DNA of 32,000 nt from Candidatus Nanosynbacter lyticus. Lineage in GTDB: Bacteria > Patescibacteriota > Saccharimonadia > Saccharimonadales > Saccharimonadaceae. Both the position numbers and the translations under genes were made by a program. Below the pieces are notes generated by a model. The model worked only from the letters and a program-made list of their open reading frames with translations. It was not told the DNA's origin and made no database searches. Shown one piece after another: positions 7,962 through 15,930 of the stretch (its first letter is position 1; every line of letters begins with the position of its first letter). The DNA is taken from positions 360,001 through 392,000 of the forward strand of contig NZ_CP007496.1 in assembly GCF_000803625.1 (NCBI RefSeq). The letters are read 5' to 3'.

Positions 7962-9144
7962 TATTTAAGCTCTCAAATCTTAATAATTTATCGCGGCTAG
8001 GTACGGCGTATATTTTCCTTGATGAGCTACTTAAATCGTCATGAAGCAATAATTCAAGCACAGCATAAATGGCGCCGTCATACCTGACAAATTTCACTGC
8101 ATTAAAATAAGCCCTATCACTATCAATGAATTCGTACTGTAATTTATTATTTGCACCGCTTGGCGATATAACAAAACCTGAAAGACCAATAGCATCAAAC
8201 CCAAGCTCATCAGGCAGTGCTTTATTAAGCGTTTTTATGTGATTACGGACAGTATTTGAAAAATATGGCTCATCCGTATACTTAAGGTCTGTTGCCAGCT
8301 GCCAAGCTAATTGTTGAAACTCATCCGCAAAAACCGTCTCAAACAAATCATCACCCTTCTTATAATCATTCTCACAAATTGGCAGAATGTCAATTATGTC
8401 TTTTACATCGATGCGAAAAATCACTGAACTATCTTTTGGATCAACCATCTCCAAGATAGGACGATTATCTCGCCACACAAACAATGGCGCAGCTCCAAAT
8501 AATACTTGCGCTCTTGCCTCAACGTCAACGCCGTATTCAATGCCACCAGCTCTTCGTCTATACGCCCGACAATCTATTCTCACCTCGGTTCCCTGTGATA
8601 TATCACCCAGCACACCATTTAGGTCATCAATGAGACATTCTCTGGACGCAACATCCCTAATGTCATTTTTCTCAACAGCTTCCTGAGTTTTATCAACATA
8701 ATGACGTAACTTACGAATATATCGAGGCAATACACTGTCGTCTGGAAATAATTCTGCCGACAAAATAGCTTGCGGATCAAGCGGAAAATAATAATCATCT
8801 GGTCTATCATTTTCTACGGCACGTATACACAAGGCCGCCATTTTTTTAGTATAAATCGCAAAAGGTACTGGAGTCTCAGGATCATTTTCTAAAGATGACA
8901 CCAAATCGACCACGCCCTCAACAGCGCATAGATCATATGAACCATCTTCGGTCTGCCTGTAGCCAACAACCCTCGCTCGCTCGCCTTCAATTTCGTCTGT
9001 GCGCATGACTTTCTCCACATCACCAAGGGCCTCAGCCTCACTTTCCCCACCGAGGCATAAGTTTGCAGCAGCAATCTGTCGCCAATCATCTTTGGACAAT
9101 CGACCAAGTAAATCAATACCCGTCCCAGCTTTTGGTAGTTCCAT
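7933..9144 (-). CDS. Hypothetical acidic cytoplasmic protein, about 403 aa
   Basis: ORF 7933-9261 trimmed to ATG 9144 (MELPKAGTGIDLL...), because longer versions would cover the glgB promoter and start. No Walker A, TM segment or signal peptide. AT-rich. The start is uncertain. Confidence 0.55.
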   Translation of the reverse strand: MELPKAGTGIDLLGRLSKDDWRQIAAANLCLGGESEAEALGDVEKVMRTDEIEGERARVVGYRQTEDGSYDLCAVEGVVDLVSSLENDPETPVPFAIYTKKMAALCIRAVENDRPDDYYFPLDPQAILSAELFPDDSVLPRYIRKLRHYVDKTQEAVEKNDIRDVASRECLIDDLNGVLGDISQGTEVRIDCRAYRRRAGGIEYGVDVEARAQVLFGAAPLFVWRDNRPILEMVDPKDSSVIFRIDVKDIIDILPICENDYKKGDDLFETVFADEFQQLAWQLATDLKYTDEPYFSNTVRNHIKTLNKALPDELGFDAIGLSGFVISPSGANNKLQYEFIDSDRAYFNAVKFVRYDGAIYAVLELLLHDDLSSSSRKIYAVPSRDKLLRFESLNNDARLRACC

Positions 9145-9155
9145 GTATGTATCGT

Positions 9156-9167
9156 ATATTGCAATAT
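9156..9167. repeat. Perfect 12-bp palindrome ATATTGCAATAT in the divergent intergenic region
   Basis: The sequence is its own reverse complement. It lies 12 nt upstream of the 403-aa gene ATG and 35 nt upstream of the glgB -10 box. Confidence 0.8.
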
Positions 9168-9201
9168 GGCAGACTTCAAGCACAAGCATTGCCTCATGCG
9201 G

Positions 9202-9207
9202 TATACT
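9202..9207 (+). promoter_or_regulatory. -10 box TATACT placed 6 nt before the glgB ATG (probable leaderless transcript)
   Basis: TATACT-ataacc-ATG. No Shine-Dalgarno. No convincing -35 box. Confidence 0.35.
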
Positions 9208-9213
9208 ATAACC

Positions 9214-11181
9214 ATGAGCAAGAAAACCCTGGTTGAGCTTGACCCGTGGTTGGCGCCGCACGAGGGTGTCATCAGCGCCCGTGAGGCGTATGTTTCGTCG
9301 ACAATAATGAAGGTTCTGAGCGGTAAATCGCCGGCGAAGTTTGCCTTAGGATTTCATCATTTTGGCTTACATCAGACGGCGGCGGGCTGGACATTTCGTG
9401 AGTGGGCACCGAATGCTACGCACGTAGTGATGGTTGGCGAGTTTTCTGACTGGCAAGAACGCGAGGAGTTTACTCTGCAACCAGACGCACACGGTGAGTG
9501 GAGTGTTGATTTGCCAAAAGACGCACTGCACCACAGCCAGAAATATAAACTACGAGTCTATTGGCCAGGTGGCGACGGTTGGCGTTTGCCATCATACGCC
9601 ACCTACGTTATTCAAGATGATGACTCGGTGGATTTTTCGGCCGTCGTGTGGCGGCCTGATGAGCCATACCAGTGGCAGTATGATATTCCACCTGCTCCGC
9701 GCGTGCCGCTAATTTACGAGGCGCATGTTGGCATGAGTAGCGAGGAGGAAAAGGTTGCCAGTTTCAATGAATTTACCGCCAATATCCTGCCACGCATCAA
9801 ACAAGCCGGCTATAATACCATCCAGCTGATGGCCATCGCCGAGCACCCGTACTACGGCAGTTTTGGCTACCATGTCAGCAACTTTTTCGCCGTGTCGTCG
9901 CGCTTTGGCACGCCCGATGATTTCAAGCGGTTGGTTGACGCGGCGCACGGTTTGGGGCTACGCGTCATCATTGACATTGTTCATGCTCATGCCGCCAAAA
10001 ATGAAGTCGAAGGCCTCGGCAATTTCGCGGGTGATCCAACGCAATATTTCAAGGCTCACGACCATCCAGCCTGGGACTCGCGGTTGTTTGACTATGGCAA
10101 GCCGGAAGTACTGCACTTTTTGGCCAGCAATTGCCGCTGGTGGCTGGACGAGTACCATGTTGACGGCTTTCGATTTGACGGTGTAACCAGTATGCTATAT
10201 CATGACCACGGTTTGGGCAAAAGTTTCACCAGCTATGATGATTATTTTGGTGATGATGTTGATAAGGACGCATTGGTCTACCTGAGACTGGCAAATGATG
10301 TCATTCACGCTGTTCGCCCCGATGCCACGACCATTGCCGAGGAAATGAGCGGGCTGCCAGGCTTGGCGGCACTGACTGAATATGGCGGCCTGGGCTTTGA
10401 TTATCGGTTACAGATGGGCACGCCTGATCTTTGGATCAAGACATTGAAAGAAAAGCGCGACGAAGATTGGGACTTAGGTGGATTGGCTCACACACTGAGT
10501 TCGCACCGCCCAGAGGAAAAAGTCATCACTTATGCCGAGAGTCACGACCAAGCCTTGGTCGGCGACAAGACGCTGATTTTTCGTCTGATCGACAAAGCCA
10601 TGTACTGGAATATGGATAAAGCCGATCCCAATTTAACCGTGGAGCGCGGCATAGCCCTACATAAACTGATTCGACTACTGACCACTGGGCTACACGGCGG
10701 CGGTTACCTTAACTTTATGGGCAATGAATTTGGGCATCCTGAGTGGATTGATTTTCCGCGCGAGGGCAATAATTGGTCGTTTAAGCACGCTCGTCGGCAA
10801 TGGAATTTACGCGACAACGGCTTCTTAAAATATCAATGGCTGGGCGAATTTGACGCGGCGCTGATGAAGATTATTAGGCAAATTGATGATCCTAATATTC
10901 ACCATTTGACGGTTCGCCAATCTGATCATATGGTCAGTTTTATGCACGGCGACTTTTTCTTTGTTATTAATTTTTCCCCAAATAAATCCCACTCAGATTA
11001 CGAAGCACCCGCAGAAGCTGGCTCTTATAAATTGGCATTAAGTAGCGACGACAAGAACTTCGGCGGACAGGAGCGAATAGATCATAATTCCCGTTTTTTC
11101 ACTTCCCCAGCTGATAACAATCACAATCTTAAAGTTTACTTGCCAGCCAGAACGGGCATTATTTTACAGAAAGTTGACTAA
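9214..11181 (+). CDS. glgB: 1,4-alpha-glucan (glycogen) branching enzyme, GH13 eukaryote-like subtype
   Basis: ORF 9166-11181 trimmed to ATG 9214 (MSKKTLVELDPWLAPHEG). GH13 conserved regions DIVHAHAAKN, GFRFDGVTSMLY, IAEEMSG and YAESHDQALVGDK. Confidence 0.9.
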   Translation: MSKKTLVELDPWLAPHEGVISAREAYVSSTIMKVLSGKSPAKFALGFHHFGLHQTAAGWTFREWAPNATHVVMVGEFSDWQEREEFTLQPDAHGEWSVDLPKDALHHSQKYKLRVYWPGGDGWRLPSYATYVIQDDDSVDFSAVVWRPDEPYQWQYDIPPAPRVPLIYEAHVGMSSEEEKVASFNEFTANILPRIKQAGYNTIQLMAIAEHPYYGSFGYHVSNFFAVSSRFGTPDDFKRLVDAAHGLGLRVIIDIVHAHAAKNEVEGLGNFAGDPTQYFKAHDHPAWDSRLFDYGKPEVLHFLASNCRWWLDEYHVDGFRFDGVTSMLYHDHGLGKSFTSYDDYFGDDVDKDALVYLRLANDVIHAVRPDATTIAEEMSGLPGLAALTEYGGLGFDYRLQMGTPDLWIKTLKEKRDEDWDLGGLAHTLSSHRPEEKVITYAESHDQALVGDKTLIFRLIDKAMYWNMDKADPNLTVERGIALHKLIRLLTTGLHGGGYLNFMGNEFGHPEWIDFPREGNNWSFKHARRQWNLRDNGFLKYQWLGEFDAALMKIIRQIDDPNIHHLTVRQSDHMVSFMHGDFFFVINFSPNKSHSDYEAPAEAGSYKLALSSDDKNFGGQERIDHNSRFFTSPADNNHNLKVYLPARTGIILQKVD

Positions 11182-11194
11182 TCTCCTACCAATG

Positions 11195-11223
11195 TTGACT
11201 TTTTTACGCAAGTGTGGCATAAA
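11195..11223 (+). promoter_or_regulatory. Putative promoter (TTGACT, 17-nt spacer, TGg-CATAAA)
   Basis: TTGACT at 11195-11200, a 17-nt spacer, then CATAAA at 11218-11223 preceded by TG. It lies upstream of the 11233-11262 inverted repeat and the 11300 gene. Confidence 0.45.
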
Positions 11224-11232
11224 TTAATACAG

Positions 11233-11262
11233 ACTTTTGTTGACAATCCCGTCAACAAAAGT
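11233..11262. repeat. Perfect 12-bp inverted repeat with 6-nt spacer: ACTTTTGTTGAC-aatccc-GTCAACAAAAGT
   Basis: Arms at 11233-11244 and 11251-11262 are exact reverse complements. It lies between the putative promoter and the SD (GAGGAG 11288-11293) of the next gene. Confidence 0.85.
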
Positions 11263-11299
11263 AGTCCTTGCATGATTCAAAAGAGTAGAGGAGTACATC

Positions 11300-11707
11300 A
11301 TGCTGAAACTCAAACTTGCTGTCGCGTCCATCGCCCTGACTGGTCTGGTGCTACTCCTTATGGGGAGTACGTACCTAACGACGAGCTGCTCTATCATCTG
11401 TACAGCAGCAGCGCTGTCCCTGTCACTCCATCTAGTATTTAGATGGTTCACAGGAGAACAACACGACTATCTACTATGGCTCTTCTTGGCAGCAGCGTAC
11501 ATTATATCGGGATCGATGGCAATTAGTGTACTCCAAGACGTCGGAGCTGTCGATACGGCGCTTAGTGCTGTAATCGACCCGGTGCAGAAAATAGAGACAG
11601 TAGGGTATTATACCTCGTCTCTGAACTCTATCGCTATCCTTCTCGCGGTTATCATCCCATCGTCGCCCACGCGCGATGATGATGACGGCGATAGCGACGA
11701 GGGCTAA
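11300..11707 (+). CDS. Small membrane protein with acidic C-terminal tail, hypothetical
   Basis: 135 aa. GAGGAG lies 6 nt before the ATG. At least three hydrophobic segments (VASIALTGLVLLLMG, LLWLFLAAAYIISGSMAISV, SIAILLAVIIP). The tail reads RDDDDGDSDEG. Preferred over the overlapping ORF 11212-11442. Confidence 0.6.
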   Translation: MLKLKLAVASIALTGLVLLLMGSTYLTTSCSIICTAAALSLSLHLVFRWFTGEQHDYLLWLFLAAAYIISGSMAISVLQDVGAVDTALSAVIDPVQKIETVGYYTSSLNSIAILLAVIIPSSPTRDDDDGDSDEG

Positions 11708-11708
11708 C

Positions 11709-11775
11709 GCCCGCTAAGAAATAGTTCGCTTGAGACTTTTAGTCTAGGCTGGATCTCTCTTGGCGGGCTATTTCT
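11709..11775 (+). terminator. Possible structured terminator after the small membrane-protein gene
   Basis: GCCCGCTAAG (11709-11718) pairs with CTTGGCGGGC (11759-11768, one G.U pair). The stem encloses the small hairpin AGACT-ttt-AGTCT and is followed by the T-rich run TATTTCTATT. The long loop makes this uncertain. Confidence 0.3.
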
Positions 11776-11777
11776 AT

Positions 11778-11786
11778 TGGTATAAA
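11778..11786 (+). promoter_or_regulatory. Extended -10-like box TGGTATAAA upstream of the ThrE-like gene
   Basis: TGGTATAAA lies 19 nt before the GTG at 11806. No SD in between. Confidence 0.35.
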
Positions 11787-11805
11787 ATTTGTTACACTAA
11801 GTATT

Positions 11806-13194
11806 GTGAAGAAAAAAGTACCAAAAATTATTGAACAATCACTAGCCAGAGTGGCTAATTTTTATAGCTTTGAGCCAGTGCATGATTTGGAAAAAATTGA
11901 CGACAGTTTAACGCCGAACATGCGAGCCCTGCGCATGACCATGACTATTGCTGAGCAACTCCTGAGTATGGGAGTGGTGGCGCGCGATGTGGTGCGTATG
12001 TCGCAAGGAATCACTCAGACCTATTGCCAGAAGCGCGTTCACATAGACATTAGTTATACATTGGTGACGGTTTCTCAAGATCGTGGCGTTAATCACGAGC
12101 CGCTGACGATGGCGCGGGTCATTGTACCAGACGACCCTAATTACCAATTAATCCAAGCCTTGCAGATACTCGCTCTTGATATTCGTCATAAACAACTTCC
12201 CTTGGAAGAAGCTGAAGAACGACTGAAGCAAATACTTAAAAAACCAAATAAGCACTCCGGGCTAGTCGTTTACGCAGCGGGAGGTCTGGTTAGCGCCGGT
12301 TCAGTTACTTTATATGGCGGCAGTCTACTAATGGCGGCCTTGGCGTTTTTACTGGGATTTTTAGCGACTGGTTTATTGCGATGGCTGGGGCATATTGGCG
12401 CACCATTATTTTACTCACAGGCTATTGTGGCTATTTTCGTGACACTGATAGCGGCGGGTACAGCTTGGTGTAGTAATTATTTAGGACTAAGTATCAATAC
12501 GACACTATTAGTCATTAGCGGCATTGTCTTATTAGTCGCGGGACTAATGTTTGTCGGCGCATTCCAGGATGCAATCGATGAATATTATATGACCGCTAAC
12601 GCCAGATTATTAAAAGTCGTAATGGCAACAGGTGGTGTAATTGCTGGCGTGATGGTCGGATTATACATTGCGACAAAATTTGGCATTACTTTCCCAGCAA
12701 CACCAGATCGATTAACATTAGCCGACAACCACACACAATATTTGGGCGCTGGAATTATTGCAGCAGCGTTCGTTCTGAGGAATCATTCTCGATTTTTGGG
12801 AATGGTTATATCTGGATTAATTGCAATTTTTGGCTGGTGGATTTCAAGATTAGCTATGAGCTTTGGTTTTGATATCGTAACAGCGAGCGGCATCGCTGCG
12901 GCGGCAATTGGGCTGGTCGCAGTCCTGACTTCCAGATTATGGAAATTCCCTTCCCTGGCGATTATTGCGGCGGGAATCGTACCACTAGTCCCAGGCTTGT
13001 CACTTTACAACGGATTAATGGGCGTCGTTCTATATCCGCCAAACAGCGCAAACTTCCTACCAGCCTTGGCTATCTTAGCGCGAGCAATCCTCATCGGCGT
13101 AGCGGTGGCAATTGGCGCATCATTCGGAAACGTCGTCGGCCGCCCAATTCGCCGACAATTCATTAATTTATTCCGTCGTGGCACTCAAGCATAA
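11806..13194 (+). CDS. Threonine/serine exporter (ThrE) family membrane protein
   Basis: 462 aa. Soluble N-terminal domain (MTMTIAEQLLSMGVVARDVVRMSQGITQTY..., ThrE/DUF1212-like from recall) followed by about 10 hydrophobic segments. GTG start at 11806 without an SD, so an internal ATG (11920) is possible. Confidence 0.65.
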   Translation: MKKKVPKIIEQSLARVANFYSFEPVHDLEKIDDSLTPNMRALRMTMTIAEQLLSMGVVARDVVRMSQGITQTYCQKRVHIDISYTLVTVSQDRGVNHEPLTMARVIVPDDPNYQLIQALQILALDIRHKQLPLEEAEERLKQILKKPNKHSGLVVYAAGGLVSAGSVTLYGGSLLMAALAFLLGFLATGLLRWLGHIGAPLFYSQAIVAIFVTLIAAGTAWCSNYLGLSINTTLLVISGIVLLVAGLMFVGAFQDAIDEYYMTANARLLKVVMATGGVIAGVMVGLYIATKFGITFPATPDRLTLADNHTQYLGAGIIAAAFVLRNHSRFLGMVISGLIAIFGWWISRLAMSFGFDIVTASGIAAAAIGLVAVLTSRLWKFPSLAIIAAGIVPLVPGLSLYNGLMGVVLYPPNSANFLPALAILARAILIGVAVAIGASFGNVVGRPIRRQFINLFRRGTQA

Positions 13195-13673
13195 TGAAAG
13201 AAGATTTATCGCAATTTATCGGACTATCTGACTCTAGACTATTTCATATGCGCGGCGTTGCTTATAAGTCATATGAACTAGCTCGCAACGTTTTTAAAAT
13301 GGAAGAGGACAAGGCACGTAGTTTATTTACAATGGGACTGATGCATGATTTTGCTTATGCCTTCGTCGAGAATCAGACCGAGCATGAACATGAAGGCGGC
13401 AGAATATTGGAATTATCTGGTTTCAATTGGGCTGAGGCTGTGTTTAATCACGGAGATCCTGACGCGGACAATTGGACAGACGAATTGCTGATCTTAAACT
13501 TGGCAGACATGACAACTAGTCCAGACGGCAAGCCGATAACCATAGGTCAACGACTGGAAGATATTGAAAACAGATATGGCACAGATAGCATTCAGGCGAC
13601 AAAAGCGCGCAAATTAAACAAACGAATCAAAGAAGAGCTCGCTAAACGAAACCTAATAATCCCAAACTTATAA
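13194..13673 (+). CDS. HD-domain metal-dependent phosphohydrolase, small single-domain form
   Basis: 159 aa. H...HD...D pattern: LFHMRGVA, GLMHDFAYAF, LNLADMT. The start overlaps the ThrE-like stop (TAATG). Confidence 0.7.
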   Translation: MKEDLSQFIGLSDSRLFHMRGVAYKSYELARNVFKMEEDKARSLFTMGLMHDFAYAFVENQTEHEHEGGRILELSGFNWAEAVFNHGDPDADNWTDELLILNLADMTTSPDGKPITIGQRLEDIENRYGTDSIQATKARKLNKRIKEELAKRNLIIPNL

Positions 13674-13692
13674 GCCTGAAATTTAGCCAAAC

Positions 13693-13725
13693 AAAAATCC
13701 CCGGATTCGCTCCGGGGATTTTTTA
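13693..13725. terminator. Bidirectional rho-independent terminator between the HD gene (+) and fusA (-)
   Basis: caaaaat-CCCCGG-attcgct-CCGGGG-atttttt (stems at 13699-13704 and 13712-13717) with A/T runs on both sides. Confidence 0.75.
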
Positions 13726-13736
13726 TGAAGTAGAGA

Positions 13737-15827
13737 TTATTTATTTCGCTTTTCGATAATCTCTTGCGCAACGTTTGGTGGAACTTCCTCGTACTGCGCG
13801 AGTTCCATAGTGCTGGCTGCGCGGCCCTGCGACATCGAACGGATGTCTGAGGTATAACCAAACATATTTGCCAATGGCACAAATGCCTTGATCAGCTTGG
13901 CGCCGCCCATCAAATCCTCCATAGCATCAATGCGACCACGACGTGAGTTCAGGTCACCGATGATGTCGCCCATAAACTCTTCTGGGGTGGTGACTTCAAC
14001 CTTCATGACTGGCTCAAGCAAGATTGGGGTTGCTTGCTTGATACCTTCGCGGGCTGCCAAACTACCCGCCAATGAGAAGGCTAGTTCTGAGGAGTCGACA
14101 TCGTGGTACGAGCCATCGTACAGCGTCGCCTTAACGTCAACCACTGGATAGCCAGCGATAACACCGCCCTCCAGAGTTTCCTTGATACCCTTCATGACAG
14201 CTGGGCGATATTCCTGAGGAACCACACCACCTTTAATCTCGTCAACAAACTCAAAACCTTTGCCAGCCTCATTCGGCTCAAAGCGTACCCAGACGTCACC
14301 GTATTGACCGCGACCACCAGACTGCTTGGCGTGCTTACCTTGGACTTCAGCCTTGCCCTTGATTGACTCACGGAAGGCTACCTGCGGCTCACCAATGTTA
14401 GCTTCAACCTTGAACTCGCGCTTCATGCGGTCGATCAAGATGTCCAGATGCAACTCACCCATTCCTGACATGATGGTCTGGCCGGTCTCTTCGTCAGTGT
14501 GGATGCGGAAGGTTGGGTCTTCCTCAGCCAAACGCTGCAAGGCGAGCGCCATCTTCTCCTGGTCAGCCTTTGACTTTGGCTCAACGGCGATAGATACTGG
14601 CGGTTCTGGGAACTCGATACTTTCCAGGGCGATTGGGTGCGCTGGATCAGTCAAGGTGTTACCGGTACCAGTATTCTTCAAACCAACCACCGCAGCGATG
14701 TCGCCAGCAGAGATCTTGTCAATGTCTTCGCGCTTGTCAGCGTGCATTCGAACGATACGACCAATACGCTCCTTATCGCCAGTGGTGGTGTTCAGGACGT
14801 AGCTGCCTGAGTTCAAGACACCTGAGTAGACGCGGATAAAAATCAGCTTACCAACAAATGGGTCAGTAGCAATCTTAAAGGCCAAAGCACTCATCGGCTC
14901 CTTGTCATCTGGTTTGCGGCTCACTTCGTCGCCAGTCTTTGGATTTTTACCCCAAATCTCGTCGACGTCCAGTGGGCTTGGCAAGTAGTCAACCATGAGG
15001 TCAAGCACCTTCTCGACGATGACACCGCGGCCATCGCCACCAGTGACCAAGAAGAAATCACCAGCCAACACGCGCTTGCGCAAGGCAGACTTCAGCTCAT
15101 CAATCGTAATCGCTTCTTCACCCTGGTCGAGGAACTTCATCATTAACTCATCGTCAGCTTCAACGGCGTTCTCCACCAACAAGCTGCGGGCGTTCTGACA
15201 CTTTTCCAGCATATCAGCTGGGATTTCGCCCTGTACCAATTCGTGGTCAGAAAAGTCAGTGTAGGTGTAAGCCTTCATGTCAATCAGGTCAACCACGCCG
15301 TTGATAGTCTTTTCGAAACCAATCGGGATGTGAATTGGGAAAGCTTGCTTACTCAAACGGTTGTGAATTGACTCCAGAGATTTCCAGAAATCACCACCAG
15401 TCTGGTTAATCTTGTTGATAAAGCAGATGCGTGGCACGCCGTATTTGTTGGCCTGGCGCCAGACAGTCTCAGACTGAGCCTCAACACCCATCTTACCGTC
15501 AAACACCGTCACAGCACCGTCGAGGACGCGCAGTGAACGCTCCACCTCAGCGGTAAAGTCGATGTGTCCTGGGGTGTCGATAATGTTGATCTTGTGACCC
15601 TTCCAGAAACAGGTCACGGCTGCTGAAGTAATAGTAATACCGCGCTCTTTTTCCTGCGCCATCCAGTCGGTGGTGGCACCGTCGCCGTCACCCTTCACCA
15701 CACCGATTTTGTGGGTCAAACCAGTGCGATACAAAATACCCTCAGTTGTCGTCGTTTTACCGGCGTCAATATGGGCGATAATACCGATATTTCTAAAATT
15801 TTTCAGCGGAACATTCGTCTCTGCCAT
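13737..15827 (-). CDS. fusA: Translation elongation factor G
   Basis: 696 aa. [29 protein letters not shown]. Full five-domain length. Confidence 0.97.
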   Translation of the reverse strand: MAETNVPLKNFRNIGIIAHIDAGKTTTTEGILYRTGLTHKIGVVKGDGDGATTDWMAQEKERGITITSAAVTCFWKGHKINIIDTPGHIDFTAEVERSLRVLDGAVTVFDGKMGVEAQSETVWRQANKYGVPRICFINKINQTGGDFWKSLESIHNRLSKQAFPIHIPIGFEKTINGVVDLIDMKAYTYTDFSDHELVQGEIPADMLEKCQNARSLLVENAVEADDELMMKFLDQGEEAITIDELKSALRKRVLAGDFFLVTGGDGRGVIVEKVLDLMVDYLPSPLDVDEIWGKNPKTGDEVSRKPDDKEPMSALAFKIATDPFVGKLIFIRVYSGVLNSGSYVLNTTTGDKERIGRIVRMHADKREDIDKISAGDIAAVVGLKNTGTGNTLTDPAHPIALESIEFPEPPVSIAVEPKSKADQEKMALALQRLAEEDPTFRIHTDEETGQTIMSGMGELHLDILIDRMKREFKVEANIGEPQVAFRESIKGKAEVQGKHAKQSGGRGQYGDVWVRFEPNEAGKGFEFVDEIKGGVVPQEYRPAVMKGIKETLEGGVIAGYPVVDVKATLYDGSYHDVDSSELAFSLAGSLAAREGIKQATPILLEPVMKVEVTTPEEFMGDIIGDLNSRRGRIDAMEDLMGGAKLIKAFVPLANMFGYTSDIRSMSQGRAASTMELAQYEEVPPNVAQEIIEKRNK

Positions 15828-15904
15828 AATTTTCCTTTATATTACGTTAATTTGTCGAGATCTTTGGTCAATTTTTTGGCACCAAAAAACTACTCTTGCG
15901 TTTT

Positions 15905-15913
15905 ATTATATCA
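15905..15913 (-). promoter_or_regulatory. Extended -10 box TGATATAAT upstream of fusA
   Basis: Minus strand reads TGATATAAT, 18 nt after the protease stop and about 75 nt before the fusA ATG. Confidence 0.45.
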
Positions 15914-15930
15914 GTTATCTGTAATTTTGA

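Noticed and set aside
11212-11442. Alternative 76-aa ORF (GTG start) overlapping the start of the 11300-11707 gene, and its 75-aa antisense partner at 11224-11451.
   Set aside because: There is no SD. The ORF spans the 12-bp inverted repeat. Its composition is not protein-like. The 11300 frame has GAGGAG at ideal spacing and clear TM segments.
15872-15889. Hairpin TTTTTTGG-ca-CCAAAAAA between the protease stop and fusA, considered as the terminator of the protease operon.
   Set aside because: The stem is almost entirely A-U with a minimal loop, so it is predicted to be weak. It also lies downstream of the putative fusA -10 box, so it would be part of the fusA 5' UTR rather than a clean terminator.
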